Of a stretch of DNA of 64,000 nucleotides, positions 46,979-57,698 are shown piece after piece. Both the position numbers and the translations under genes were made by a program. A model generated the notes under the pieces. The model made no database searches. It was not told the origin of the DNA and saw only the letters and a list, made by a program, of their open reading frames with translations. The number at the start of each line of letters is the position of its first letter. Position 1 is the stretch's first letter. Origin of the DNA: Bradyrhizobium sp. (GTDB lineage: Bacteria; Pseudomonadota; Alphaproteobacteria; Rhizobiales; Xanthobacteraceae); contig NZ_JACRMG010000029.1 of NCBI RefSeq assembly GCF_016219575.1, positions 167,122 to 231,121 on the forward strand. Reading direction: 5' to 3'.

Positions 46979-48007
46979 ATGCGGAACATCATTGGCCGGC
47001 TGGCCGGAGCGGTATTGGCACTGGCGCTGGGCACCACGCTCGCCGCCGCGCAGAGCAAGGTCACCATCGCCGTCGGCGGCAGCGCCTGTCTTTGCTATCT
47101 GCCGACCGTGCTGGCGCAGCAGCTCGGCGAGTACGAGAAGGCGGGCCTCGCCGTCGAACTGGTCGATCTCAAGGGCGGCTCGGACGCCCTGAAGGCCGTG
47201 CTCGGCGGCAGCGCCGACGTGGTCTCCGGCTATTTCGACCATTGCGTCAATCTCGCCGCCAAGAAGCAGGAGCTGCAATCCTTCGTCATCTACGACCGCT
47301 ATCCCGGCCTCGTGCTGGTGGTCTCGCCGAAGCACACCAGTGAGATCAAGTCGATCAAGGATCTCGCCGGCAGGAAGGTCGGCGTCAGCGCGCCGGGCTC
47401 CTCGACCGACTTCTTCCTGAAGTACCTTCTGAAGAAGAACGGCCTCGATCCCACCAGCGCCGCGGTGATCGGCGTCGGCCTGGGGGCCACCGCAGTCGCG
47501 GCCATGCAGCAGGGGCAGATCGAGGCCGCCGTGATGCTCGATCCTTCCGTCACCGTGCTGCAGGGCGAATACAAGGATCTCAAGATCCTCGCTGACACCC
47601 GCACCCAGAAGGACACGCTCGACGTGTTCGGCGGCGAGTATCCGGGCGGCGCCCTCTACACGACGGTCGCCTGGATCAAGTCCCACGAGAAGGAGGCGCA
47701 GGCGCTGACCACTGCGATCCTCAACACGCTGGCCTGGATTCATTCCCACACGCCGGAAGAGATCATGGCGAAGATGCCCGACGGGCTCGTCGGCAAGAAC
47801 AAGGAGCTCTATCTCGCCGCGCTGAAAAACACGCTTCCGATGTACTCGCAGACCGGCCTGATGGATCCCAAGGGCGCCGCCGCCGTGCTCGCGGTGTTCA
47901 GCGAGGGCTCGCCCGAGGTCGCCAAGGCCGGCATCGACGTCAGCAAGACCTACACCAACGCCTTCGTGGAGAAGGCGAAGAAGACCACGGGTTCGGGCGC
48001 GAAGTAG
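46979..48007 (+). CDS. NitT/TauT-family (NMT1/THI5-like) ABC substrate-binding protein
   Basis: Downstream part of ORF 46802..48007. A GGAGGGA Shine-Dalgarno precedes the ATG at 46979. The signal peptide ends in LAAAQS. Confidence 0.85.
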   Translation: MRNIIGRLAGAVLALALGTTLAAAQSKVTIAVGGSACLCYLPTVLAQQLGEYEKAGLAVELVDLKGGSDALKAVLGGSADVVSGYFDHCVNLAAKKQELQSFVIYDRYPGLVLVVSPKHTSEIKSIKDLAGRKVGVSAPGSSTDFFLKYLLKKNGLDPTSAAVIGVGLGATAVAAMQQGQIEAAVMLDPSVTVLQGEYKDLKILADTRTQKDTLDVFGGEYPGGALYTTVAWIKSHEKEAQALTTAILNTLAWIHSHTPEEIMAKMPDGLVGKNKELYLAALKNTLPMYSQTGLMDPKGAAAVLAVFSEGSPEVAKAGIDVSKTYTNAFVEKAKKTTGSGAK

Positions 48008-48017
48008 CGCCTTCCTC

Positions 48018-48719
48018 GTGCCGCCGCTGCCCATCCATCGCGTCACCGAGCTCGACCTGCAGGTGGCGCCGCGGAGCTGGCCGTTCGCCGAAGCGCGGCG
48101 CGCCGAGATCGCGGCGCATTTCGCCGCTCAACAGCGCGCGCGGTCGCATCTGTGGAACGGCCGGGTGCTGATCGGCACCGCACCGGTGTTCGCCGGCGAG
48201 CGGCTCAGCGCCAGCTATTTCGAAGTCGATTTCGCGAGCTTCCTTGCCTGGCGCGACTGGGGCTTTCCGGACAAGGACGTCTTCAACGGCTTTGGCATGG
48301 GCGCCTTGCGCGCCTCCGACGGCGCCTTCGTGCTCGGCGAGATGGGCGGGCAGACGGCGAATGCAGGGCGTGTCTACTTTCCATCGGGCACGCCCGATCT
48401 CGACGACGTCAGGGACGGCCGGCTCGATATTCCCGCAAGCGTGGCGCGCGAGGTCGAGGAGGAGACCGGGCTCGCCCCGCATGAGTATCGCGCGGCCGCC
48501 CACTGGGACTGCATCTCCACCGGGGTTGCCATTGCGATGATCCGTACACTCGACGTCGATATGCGCGGGGAGGCGCTGCGCGCCAGGATCGAGGCCAATC
48601 TCGCGCGGCAGTCCGCGCCCGAGCTTTCCGCCGTCCATCTGGTGCGCAAGCGCGGCGATTTGACCGGCGCCATGCCGCGTTTTGTCACGGCCTGGCTGGA
48701 AGCGCAGTTGTCTGCCTGA
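48018..48719 (+). CDS. NUDIX-like hydrolase (degenerate Nudix box)
   Basis: 233-aa ORF with a GTG start. REVEEETGL matches the core of the Nudix box, but the upstream Gx5E part is not conserved. Confidence 0.6.
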   Translation: MPPLPIHRVTELDLQVAPRSWPFAEARRAEIAAHFAAQQRARSHLWNGRVLIGTAPVFAGERLSASYFEVDFASFLAWRDWGFPDKDVFNGFGMGALRASDGAFVLGEMGGQTANAGRVYFPSGTPDLDDVRDGRLDIPASVAREVEEETGLAPHEYRAAAHWDCISTGVAIAMIRTLDVDMRGEALRARIEANLARQSAPELSAVHLVRKRGDLTGAMPRFVTAWLEAQLSA

Positions 48720-48884
48720 CGGCATTCTGCAAGCGCCAATTGCATTTTGCCGCTTGCGGCGAAGGAATGAGGGGCGCGCCCGCCCGCGGCCTTGCAATGC
48801 GCCTTGACATCGGACGGCGCTGCCCGTGTGATAGGCTCCAAGTAACAACCAAGAACGCAATGCACAATTTCCAGGGAGGGTTTG

Positions 48885-50195
48885 ATGCCGGTGCGCAAAG
48901 CTGCACGCCTGTTTGTCGGGCTGTTCGCCGCAATGGCGGTGCTGGGGATGGCGGCTGACGCCGAAGCCCAGGAGAAGAAGATCAAGATCGGCGTGATCTA
49001 CGACCTCACCGGCCCGCTGGCCGGCGGCGGCTCGGAGCTGCAATATATCGGCGCCAAGATCGTGCTCGACCAGTACGTGAAGTCCGGCGTCGAGGGCTAC
49101 AAGGTCGAGGCCGTCTATGCCGACGCGCAGAGCAAGCCGGACGTCGCCATCAACGAGGCGGTGCGCCTGATCGAGCAGGAAAAGGTCGACATGCTGCTCG
49201 GCTTCTACTCCTCAGCGCAATGCGTGCCGGTGGCCGGCCGCGTCGAGCAGCTCAAGAAGTTCATGTGGATCACCACTTGCATTTCCTCGGCCGTGCTGGA
49301 CGGCAAGAACTACAAATACGTGTTCCGTCCGCAGGCAAGCGGCGACCAGTTCGGCATGATGACGATGGACTTCATCGCGCAGAACTCCAAGGCCAAGCTC
49401 GGCAAGGAGCCGAAGGACCTGCGCGTCGCCATCATCCACGAGGACGGTGCCTATGGCGTCGACGTGGCCAAGGGCAACGAGGCCGGCGCCAAGAAGGCCG
49501 GCTTCCAGATCGTGCTCAAGGAAGGCTATTCGGCGACAGCACCCGATCTCTCGGCACTCGTCACCAAGCTGAAGCGCGCGCGCCCCGACGTACTCTTTCA
49601 CACCGGCTACAATCCTGACATCACGCTGTTCGGCCGCCAGGCGCGCGAGCAGGGGCTGAAGGTCGCGGCCCTGATCGGCCATGGCGCCGGCTACGGCGTC
49701 TACGAGAAGCTGAAGGAGGGGCTCGGCGTCGACGCCAACTATGTCTTCAACACCGACCCGATCTCGATCTGGGCCGCCAACCAGAAGACCATGGATCCGA
49801 AGCTGCCGCCGGTCATCAAGATGGTCGGCGAGGAGTTCGACAAGGTGAAGCCGGGCGTCGCCATCCGCTCCGCCCATGTCGGCATGGCCGCGTCGAACAC
49901 CTACCTGTTCCTCACCGACGTGCTGCCGCGCGCCATCAAGAAATATGGCGGCGTCGATCCCGAGGCGCTGCGCAAGGCCGCGCTCGATGTCGACGTTCCC
50001 GAGGGCGGCACCATGCTCGGCTTCGGCGTCAAGTTCCCCGCCGAGGGCGCGCAGATGGCCGGCCAGAACGAGCGCTCCTTCCCCGTCGTCATCCAGTACG
50101 TCGACGACAAGTCCTATGTGGTGTGGCCGAAGAGCCAGGCGGTGCGCGAAGCCGTGCTGCCGCTGCCGAAGGGAACGACGTTCAGCAACCAGTAG
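48885..50195 (+). CDS. branched-chain amino-acid-type (HAAT family, LivK-like) ABC substrate-binding protein
   Basis: ORF 48882..50195. A GGGAGGG Shine-Dalgarno precedes the start. A signal peptide is followed by a periplasmic-binding-protein type I pattern. Confidence 0.9.
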   Translation: MPVRKAARLFVGLFAAMAVLGMAADAEAQEKKIKIGVIYDLTGPLAGGGSELQYIGAKIVLDQYVKSGVEGYKVEAVYADAQSKPDVAINEAVRLIEQEKVDMLLGFYSSAQCVPVAGRVEQLKKFMWITTCISSAVLDGKNYKYVFRPQASGDQFGMMTMDFIAQNSKAKLGKEPKDLRVAIIHEDGAYGVDVAKGNEAGAKKAGFQIVLKEGYSATAPDLSALVTKLKRARPDVLFHTGYNPDITLFGRQAREQGLKVAALIGHGAGYGVYEKLKEGLGVDANYVFNTDPISIWAANQKTMDPKLPPVIKMVGEEFDKVKPGVAIRSAHVGMAASNTYLFLTDVLPRAIKKYGGVDPEALRKAALDVDVPEGGTMLGFGVKFPAEGAQMAGQNERSFPVVIQYVDDKSYVVWPKSQAVREAVLPLPKGTTFSNQ

Positions 50196-50233
50196 TCCCG
50201 ACACAAGAATAACAACAAAACGGAGGGACTGCG

Positions 50234-51001
50234 GTGCTGGCGGTGAACGGTCTGGTGAAGCGCTTCGGCGGCTTCACCGCGGTCAGCAATGTGTCGTTCA
50301 AGGTCGAGAAGGGTGAAATTCTCGGCCTAATCGGCCCGAACGGCTCCGGCAAGAGCACGATCTTCAACATGCTGTCGGGCACGCTGGTGCCCACGGCAGG
50401 CTCGATCAGTTTCGACGGGCACGAGATCGCCGGCCACGCGCCGCACCGGATCATCAACGGCGGGATCGGCCGCACCTTCCAGATCCCGCGGCCGTTCCAT
50501 CGCCTCACCATGTTCGAGAACGTCGCGCTCGCCGGCTTCTACGGCCAGGGCCGGCACAGCCGCAAGAAGGCGGACGAGGCGGCGGAAAAGGCGCTGGCCA
50601 TGGTCGGCCTTCCGACCGATCGCCACGCCGGCGTCGACGGGCTCGGCGCCGCCGGCCTGAAGAAGCTCGAGCTTGCCAAGGCGCTCGCCACCGGACCGAA
50701 GCTCCTGCTCGCCGACGAAAGCCTCGGCGGCCTCGACGAGCAAGAGATGGACCAGGCCGCCGACATGCTGCGCAACATCCGCGACGAACTCGGCATCACC
50801 ATCATCTGGGTCGAGCACATCATGGGGGTGCTGATGCGCGTCGTCGACCGCGTCATGGTGCTCGACCATGGCGAGAAGATCTCCGAAGGATTGCCGGCAG
50901 CGGTAGCCGCCGATCCGCGCGTGATCGAGGTTTATCTGGGCACCGACGCCGATGCGACGCAGGCGGCGGCCGGCGAAGCACGCCGCCGGGCGGGGAACTG
51001 A
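50234..51001 (+). CDS. HAAT-family ABC transporter ATP-binding protein (LivG-like)
   Basis: 255-aa ORF with Walker A GPNGSGKST. Confidence 0.9.
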   Translation: MLAVNGLVKRFGGFTAVSNVSFKVEKGEILGLIGPNGSGKSTIFNMLSGTLVPTAGSISFDGHEIAGHAPHRIINGGIGRTFQIPRPFHRLTMFENVALAGFYGQGRHSRKKADEAAEKALAMVGLPTDRHAGVDGLGAAGLKKLELAKALATGPKLLLADESLGGLDEQEMDQAADMLRNIRDELGITIIWVEHIMGVLMRVVDRVMVLDHGEKISEGLPAAVAADPRVIEVYLGTDADATQAAAGEARRRAGN

Positions 51002-51004
51002 CCG

Positions 51005-51709
<705 letters not shown>

Positions 51710-51721
51710 GAAAAGAAAAAG

Positions 51722-52603
51722 ATGCAGGGCTTTCTCGACATCTTCGACATCTACCTGCTGGAGGCCGTGATCAACGGCATCCTGCTCGGCGGCGTGCTGG
51801 CGCTGCTGGCGCTCGGGCTCAATCTGATCTTCGGCGTCATCGACGTCACCTGGATCTGCTACGCCGAGCTCGTCATGATCGGCATGTACGGCATGTACTA
51901 CATGGTGCAGGTGTTCGGCCTGCCGTACTGGGCCGCCGCGCCCTTTGCCATCATGCTGGTGGCCGCGCTCGGCGCGGCGCTGCATTACTTCGTCATCGCG
52001 CCGCTGTTGACGGCGGCGCCGATCAACCAGCTGCTGGCCACCGGCGGCGTGCTGTTCATCCTGCAGAGCTTTGCCACCGTCGCCTTCGGCATCGACTTCC
52101 GCAACCTCGGCATCAGGCTTCCGGTGCTGACGCTCGGCGAGATGCATTTCAGCTATTCGCGACTTCTGTCCTTTATCGCTGCGCTGGCCGGCATGATCGT
52201 CGTCTATCTCTTCATGACGCGCACCTTCACCGGCACCGCCATTCGCGCCATCGCGCAGGACCGCCAGATCATGTCGCTGATGGGCGTCGACACCAAGCGC
52301 ATCTATCTCGTCACCTCGGCGCTCGGCGGCGCGCTGGCCGGCCTCGCCGCATGCCTCCTGGTGCTGCAATATGACGTGCATCCCTTTGTCGGCCTCTCCT
52401 TCGGGCCGATCACCTTCCTGATCTGCGTGCTCGGGGGGCTCGGCAATTTCATCGGCGGCTTCATCGCCGCCTTCGTCTTTGCCGAGATCATCTCGCTCGG
52501 CGGCCTGTTCTCCGACCTCGAATGGGGCTACGTGCTGGCTTTCGCCTTCTTCATCGTCATGATGTTCATCCGGCCTGCCGGCCTAATGGCGAGGCGCTCG
52601 TGA
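51722..52603 (+). CDS. HAAT-family ABC transporter permease (LivH-like)
   Basis: 293-aa polytopic ORF. Confidence 0.9.
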   Translation: MQGFLDIFDIYLLEAVINGILLGGVLALLALGLNLIFGVIDVTWICYAELVMIGMYGMYYMVQVFGLPYWAAAPFAIMLVAALGAALHYFVIAPLLTAAPINQLLATGGVLFILQSFATVAFGIDFRNLGIRLPVLTLGEMHFSYSRLLSFIAALAGMIVVYLFMTRTFTGTAIRAIAQDRQIMSLMGVDTKRIYLVTSALGGALAGLAACLLVLQYDVHPFVGLSFGPITFLICVLGGLGNFIGGFIAAFVFAEIISLGGLFSDLEWGYVLAFAFFIVMMFIRPAGLMARRS

Positions 52604-53562
52604 ATTCCCGTTATGCCGCCTGGGCCATCGGTCTCGCCGCGCTGATCGCGCTGCCCTTCGTCTATCGCGAGCCCTATCATCTGCACCTGCTTGTGCTGAT
52701 CCTGATCTGGTCGTTCGCCTACACCTCGTGGTCGATCATGGGCCGCTTCGGCCTGGTCTCGCTCGGCCATGGCGGTTTCATGGGCGTCGGCGCCTATGTC
52801 ACGGCGCTGCTGTGGAATCACCTCGGCGTCTCGCCCTGGATCGGCATTCCCGTCAGCATGGTCGCGGCCGGGGTGCTGGCGCTGGTCGTCGCCTATCCCT
52901 GTTTCCGCTTCCGCATCACCGGGCACTATTTCGTGCTGGTGACGCTCGCGCTGTCCGGCATCGTGTTGCAGGTCATCACGGCGACGCGCGACTATACCGG
53001 CGGCTCGCTCGGCTACACGCCGAACCGCTCCACCGGCAACAAGCTCTGGGCGCTGCAGTTCGACGACAAGACCACCTGGTACCTGATCGCGCTCGGCGTC
53101 TGGGTCGCCGGCCTCGTGATCTGGCGCGCGATCGACCGCAGCATGAGCCGTTATGCGATGGAGGCGATCTCGGAGGACGAGGACGCCGCCGCCGCCGCCG
53201 GCGTCAACGTCACCGCCGAGAAGCTGAAGATCACGCTGATCTCGGCATTGATGACCGCGCTCGCCGGCGCGCTCTACTGCCAGTACCAGATGTTCATCTC
53301 GCCCGACACCGTCAGCGGCATCGCGGTGTCGCTGCAGATGGTGTTCGCCGTCATCGTCGGCGGCCTCTATGTCTCGCTCGGCCCGACCATCGGTGCCATC
53401 ATCACCATCCTGCTGGCGGAATCCTTGCGCATCGGCTTCGGCACCAAGGCGGTCGGCTGGGACAACCTCGTCTACGGCGTGCTGCTGGTGCTGTTCATCA
53501 TCTTTTTGCCCAAGGGCATTCTCGGCAGCATCCTCGAGCGGCTGAAGTGGAAGAAGGCGTAG
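52600..53562 (+). CDS. HAAT-family ABC transporter permease (LivM-like)
   Basis: Downstream part of ORF 52522..53562. The GTG start overlaps the LivH-like stop (GTGA). Confidence 0.9.
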   Translation: MNSRYAAWAIGLAALIALPFVYREPYHLHLLVLILIWSFAYTSWSIMGRFGLVSLGHGGFMGVGAYVTALLWNHLGVSPWIGIPVSMVAAGVLALVVAYPCFRFRITGHYFVLVTLALSGIVLQVITATRDYTGGSLGYTPNRSTGNKLWALQFDDKTTWYLIALGVWVAGLVIWRAIDRSMSRYAMEAISEDEDAAAAAGVNVTAEKLKITLISALMTALAGALYCQYQMFISPDTVSGIAVSLQMVFAVIVGGLYVSLGPTIGAIITILLAESLRIGFGTKAVGWDNLVYGVLLVLFIIFLPKGILGSILERLKWKKA

Positions 53563-53577
53563 CTATCACAACTGTCG

Positions 53578-53664
53578 TCATGGCCGGGCTTGACCCGGCC
53601 ATCCACGACTTTCTTTCTCGCGGCGACTAAGAACGTGGATGCCCGGGACAAGCCCGGGCATGAC
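53578..53664. repeat. composite double-hairpin REP-like element, family A copy 3
   Basis: Same architecture as copies 1 and 2. It lies between two convergent genes. Confidence 0.8.
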
Positions 53665-53683
53665 GGAGTCGTGTTGGGACGCA

Positions 53684-54541
53684 TCAGCCCGCGACAAACG
53701 CCAGCAGCACGCCGTTGGCCGCGGCCGGCGGCACCACGACGGCGCCGCTGCTCGCCACCGCCCGTGCGCCGATCGCGCGCTGTGCGGCGGAAAGATCGTT
53801 CACCACGAGCTCGAGCCCTGCGCCCGCGCGCGCGGGCAGCGAGCTGACGTCCACGCCGGGATATCGCCTGCCCAGCGCCTCGCGGCTGAGGAAGACGAAA
53901 TCGGCGCGGCCAAATCCGGTCGGCACCACCGCCGTTCCGTCGGTGCCGGCGCGCACCTCGCCCGCGATCATCTTGGCCAGATGCGCTGCGTCCTCCTGCG
54001 GCTGCGGCGTCACCACGAACACCCGCGCGATGCGCCTGGCCGTATTGGCGTGCTGCTGCAACTGCGGGATCCACACCGTCTCCCGCGTCTTGTGCTGGCA
54101 GGCGAACAGCCGCACCCCGCCGGGCGCTTCCGCCACGGGCCACTGGAAGGTGGCGAATTTCGCCGCGCTCCTTGACCCGTCCGGCATCGTCACCGGCCGC
54201 TCGAAATCAGTCGGGCCGATCGCGGCATAGCCCAGGGTGCGCAACTCGGCGGCGCCCGCGGCCGCGCTCGGCGTCGTGAACGCGACGCGCACGATGCCGC
54301 CGCCGGTCGCTTCCAGATAGGTCCGCGTCGGCGCATTGTGCTCGGTGGCGACGAGCACGCCGAGCAGCTCCATGTAGTCCTCGCCCAGCATGATGGTGTA
54401 GTTGCCGGTGCCCATATGGGCGCTGTGGGTGCCGCGCGGCGAGATGGTGAAGCCGAGCTGTTTCCAGTTGGCAGCCGCCGCATCGAGGTCTTTCACGGCG
54501 ACGACGGCATGATCGATTCCGGCGATGCTTCTGATGGTCAC
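53684..54541 (-). CDS. VOC (glyoxalase/dioxygenase) family protein
   Basis: 285-aa ORF. GIDHAVVAVKDLDAAAANWKQLGF is a typical VOC N-terminal module. Confidence 0.8.
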   Translation of the reverse strand: MTIRSIAGIDHAVVAVKDLDAAAANWKQLGFTISPRGTHSAHMGTGNYTIMLGEDYMELLGVLVATEHNAPTRTYLEATGGGIVRVAFTTPSAAAGAAELRTLGYAAIGPTDFERPVTMPDGSRSAAKFATFQWPVAEAPGGVRLFACQHKTRETVWIPQLQQHANTARRIARVFVVTPQPQEDAAHLAKMIAGEVRAGTDGTAVVPTGFGRADFVFLSREALGRRYPGVDVSSLPARAGAGLELVVNDLSAAQRAIGARAVASSGAVVVPPAAANGVLLAFVAG

Positions 54542-54557
54542 GCTTGTCCCTGTTGTC

Positions 54558-54638
54558 GTAGGATGGGTTGAGCGAAAGCGAAACCCATCGCGTTTCCCGA
54601 GGTAATGATGGGTTTCGCTTTCGCTCTACCCATCCTAC
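54558..54638. repeat. palindromic element, family D copy 1
   Basis: GTAGGATGGGTTGAGCGAAAGCGAAACCCATC …loop… GATGGGTTTCGCTTTCGCTCTACCCATCCTAC. Confidence 0.75.
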
Positions 54639-54660
54639 GATCCTCCCCTGAGGAAGTCTA

Positions 54661-56037
54661 ATGACGCCAGAAACCATCCGCATGCCGGACTCGCTGTGGG
54701 CCGCGGTGACGCCGCCGGGGCCCGAACTGCCGCGGCTCGAGGGCACCGTGCAGGCCGATGTCGTCGTCATCGGCGCCGGCTTCACCGGGCTGTCCACCGC
54801 GCTGCATCTGCGCGAGGCCGGCGTCGACGTCGCGGTCGTGGAAGGCGCCGAGCCCGGTTTTGGCGGCTCGGGCCGCAACAACGGCCAGGTGATCCCGACC
54901 CTGACGCGGCCCGATCCGGAAGACATCGTTGCCAGACACGGCGCGAGCGGCGAGCGCTTCGTCGCGCTGCTGCGCGACTGCGCCTCCACGCTGTTTGACG
55001 TCGCGCGCCGCTACCAGATCCAGGCCGAGCAGGAGCAGGCCGGCTGGGTGCAGCCGGTGCATTCGCCCGGCCGCATCAGGATCGCCGAGCGCCGCGTGCG
55101 GCAATGGTCGAAGGCGGGGGCGCCGGTCGAATTCCTGTCGCGCGAGCAGGTGCGCGACATGCTCGGCTCGGATGCCTGGTACGGCGGCTTCTGGAACCGG
55201 ACCGGCGGCCACATCAATCCGCTGGCGCTGTCGCGGGGGATGGCGCGCGCCGTGCTCGACCGCGGCGGGCGCATCTTCGCGCGCTCTCCCGTCTCGCGCT
55301 TCGAGCGCAGCAACAACCGCTGGATCGTCACCACGCCGCAAGGCGAGATCGGCGGGCGCGCCTTGATCCTCGCCACCAATGCCTATACCGGCGAACTCGA
55401 AAGATCGCTGGCGCCCGACATCGCGCGCGAAGTGATGCCGGTGCGCTCCTGGCAGATGGCCACCGAGCCTCTCTCCGATGCGGCGCGCAGGACAATCATC
55501 CCCGGCCGGCAGGCCATGTCGGACACCCATGGCGAGCTCTATTTCGCCCGCTACGACGCGCGTAACCGTCTTGTCACCGGCGGCGCGCTGATGGGTACCG
55601 ACACCGAAAAGCTGAAAGCCGCCGTCGGCGCCCGCCTCAGGCACCTGTGGCCGCAGATCGGCGACGTCAAATTCGATTATGTCTGGAACGGCTATGTCGG
55701 CATGACCTCCGACTTCCTGCCGCGCATTCACCGTCTCGGCCCCGATGCCTGGGCCTGGGCCGGCTGCAACGGCCGCGCGGTGGCGCTGTCGATCTCCATC
55801 GGGCAGGAGCTTGCGAAGGCGGCGCAGGGCACAGCCGAGCAGGATCTCGCCTTGCCGTTCACCGAACCCGCGCCCTGGGTCGCGCACGGCCTGCTGCGCC
55901 GTCTCGCACCGCTGATGCTGATGGTCTATCGTCGCCGCGACGCGGCGGAACTCCCCGAGACCCCTCGGCCGTCGCAACCGGAGCATTTTGTGGCATGGGC
56001 AAGCAATCTTCGAAATCGCCTGACCCGTCTTTTGTAG
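54661..56037 (+). CDS. FAD-dependent oxidoreductase (DAO family)
   Basis: 458-aa ORF with the dinucleotide-binding motif DVVVIGAGFTGLSTALHL. Confidence 0.9.
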   Translation: MTPETIRMPDSLWAAVTPPGPELPRLEGTVQADVVVIGAGFTGLSTALHLREAGVDVAVVEGAEPGFGGSGRNNGQVIPTLTRPDPEDIVARHGASGERFVALLRDCASTLFDVARRYQIQAEQEQAGWVQPVHSPGRIRIAERRVRQWSKAGAPVEFLSREQVRDMLGSDAWYGGFWNRTGGHINPLALSRGMARAVLDRGGRIFARSPVSRFERSNNRWIVTTPQGEIGGRALILATNAYTGELERSLAPDIAREVMPVRSWQMATEPLSDAARRTIIPGRQAMSDTHGELYFARYDARNRLVTGGALMGTDTEKLKAAVGARLRHLWPQIGDVKFDYVWNGYVGMTSDFLPRIHRLGPDAWAWAGCNGRAVALSISIGQELAKAAQGTAEQDLALPFTEPAPWVAHGLLRRLAPLMLMVYRRRDAAELPETPRPSQPEHFVAWASNLRNRLTRLL

Positions 56038-56116
56038 GATGGGTTGAGCGCAGCGAAACCCATCATGTTTCTCGTTGACGGAGTTGATGGGTTTCGCTGC
56101 GCTCTACCGATCCTAC
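56034..56116. repeat. palindromic element, family D copy 2
   Basis: GTAGGATGGGTTGAGCGCAGCGAAACCCATC …loop… GATGGGTTTCGCTGCGCTCTACCGATCCTAC. The stop codon of the oxidoreductase gene lies inside it. Confidence 0.75.
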
Positions 56117-56159
56117 GAAGCTACGACTTTGCCGGAAAATGATCTGGAGCACCGACCTC

Positions 56160-57101
56160 ATGGGAAAAAATTCGAAATCGCTGGCCGACCGGCTGAAGCC
56201 CTTCATCGCGCCGTTCCGCTATGACGGCGACGGCGAGTTTCACCTCAAGTCGCACAAGACCGCCGAGAAGGCCGGCATCGACAAGGAGAAGGGCGAAAAG
56301 ATCATCGCGGCCAACCGTCAGCTTCTGTCCGATTTCCAGGAGAAGCTCTACGCCCAGGACCGCTGGTCGCTGCTGCTGGTCTTCCAGGGCATGGACGCCG
56401 CCGGCAAGGACAGCGCGATCGAGAGCGTGTTCGAGGGCGTCAACCCGCAGGGTTGCGAAGTCACCGTGTTCAAGCAGCCGACCTCGACGGAGCTCGACCA
56501 TGATTACCTCTGGCGCGCGGCGGTGGCGCTGCCCGAGCGCGGCCGCATCGGCATCTTCAATCGCTCGCATTACGAGGAATGCCTCGTCGTGCGCGTGCAT
56601 CCGGAAATCCTCGGCAAGCAGAAGCTGCCGCCGCGGCTGGTGACCAGGGACATCTGGCGCGATCGTTTCGAGGACATCTCGGCCTTCGAGCGCCATCTTG
56701 CCCGCAACGGCACCGTGATCCTGAAATTCTTCCTCAACGTCTCCAGGCAGAAGCAGCGCGAGCGCTTCCTCGAGCGGCTGGAGCAGCCGTCCAAGAACTG
56801 GAAGTTCAACATGGGCGACATCGCCGAGCGCGCCCTGTGGGCGAAATACCAGGCGGCCTATCAGGACATGATTCGCCATACCTCGACGCGGCACGCGCCA
56901 TGGCACGTGGTGCCCGCCGACCACAAATGGTTCGCCCGCGTCGTGATCGGCTCCACCATCGTCGCCGCGCTCGACGGGCTCGACCTGCATTTCCCCAAGG
57001 TCGACAAGGCCGACCGCAGCGAGTTCAAGCAGGTGCGCCAGGCGCTGCTCGACGAGGGAAAGAAGGCCGCGGTGAAGACCGGGGCAGGGAAGGCGAAGTG
57101 A
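56160..57101 (+). CDS. polyphosphate kinase 2 family protein
   Basis: ORF 56139..57101, with the ATG at 56160 preferred. It contains LLLVFQGMDAAGKDS (Walker A-like) and FNRSHYEE. Confidence 0.9.
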   Translation: MGKNSKSLADRLKPFIAPFRYDGDGEFHLKSHKTAEKAGIDKEKGEKIIAANRQLLSDFQEKLYAQDRWSLLLVFQGMDAAGKDSAIESVFEGVNPQGCEVTVFKQPTSTELDHDYLWRAAVALPERGRIGIFNRSHYEECLVVRVHPEILGKQKLPPRLVTRDIWRDRFEDISAFERHLARNGTVILKFFLNVSRQKQRERFLERLEQPSKNWKFNMGDIAERALWAKYQAAYQDMIRHTSTRHAPWHVVPADHKWFARVVIGSTIVAALDGLDLHFPKVDKADRSEFKQVRQALLDEGKKAAVKTGAGKAK

Positions 57102-57161
57102 GGCTGGCGTGACGGACGGCGTCATCATCCGCACCGTGCCGGTTCGGCCGCACCACTCCTG

Positions 57162-57443
57162 TCAGATCTCGAAATCCTCGGGCACGGCGCCGAACGTCCG
57201 CAGCACGGTAACCTGGCTCTCAGGATACCCGGTACGGACGAAGGCCGCGGCACCGGCATGGCCGAATACCTTCCACATCCCCCGGGCGCGCTCGATCGCG
57301 GCGGCCGGATCGGCGCATTTGGCCTGCTCGCCGGAGACGAGATCGCCGCCCGCGAAGTCAAAGGGCATGGCGATGAAATGGGTGAGTTCGCTGATGGCTT
57401 CCTCCGGGATTTTTACCAAGCCAAGCCCATCCTGCCGACGCAT
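57162..57443 (-). CDS. hypothetical small protein
   Basis: 93-aa ORF with an alternative start at 57368. It has no clear Shine-Dalgarno and I recognise no family. Confidence 0.4.
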   Translation of the reverse strand: MRRQDGLGLVKIPEEAISELTHFIAMPFDFAGGDLVSGEQAKCADPAAAIERARGMWKVFGHAGAAAFVRTGYPESQVTVLRTFGAVPEDFEI

Positions 57444-57497
57444 GCATTGAGTTGGATCAAGCGGGACGGGGCTGCGATTCCCGTGCCGGCAGGGTTG

Positions 57498-57698
57498 CTA
57501 CTTGTCCCTCTCCAGATAGCTGATGTGAATGCTGACGGGATAGCTCGATCCGTCGAAGATGATGCGCACCCTGGAGTCGGTGCGGCCGAAGCCCACGACC
57601 TTCGCGGTCGTTGCCTTGTTGCGGGTCATCCGCTGCTTGCCGAGTTCGCTCAATCGAACCCGGTCTCCAATCCGGAGGCATTCCTCTTCGGAGGACAT
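57498..57698 (-). CDS. hypothetical small protein
   Basis: 66-aa ORF with a beta-rich look (RVRIIFDGSSYPVSIHISYL). I recognise no family. Confidence 0.45.
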   Translation of the reverse strand: MSSEEECLRIGDRVRLSELGKQRMTRNKATTAKVVGFGRTDSRVRIIFDGSSYPVSIHISYLERDK

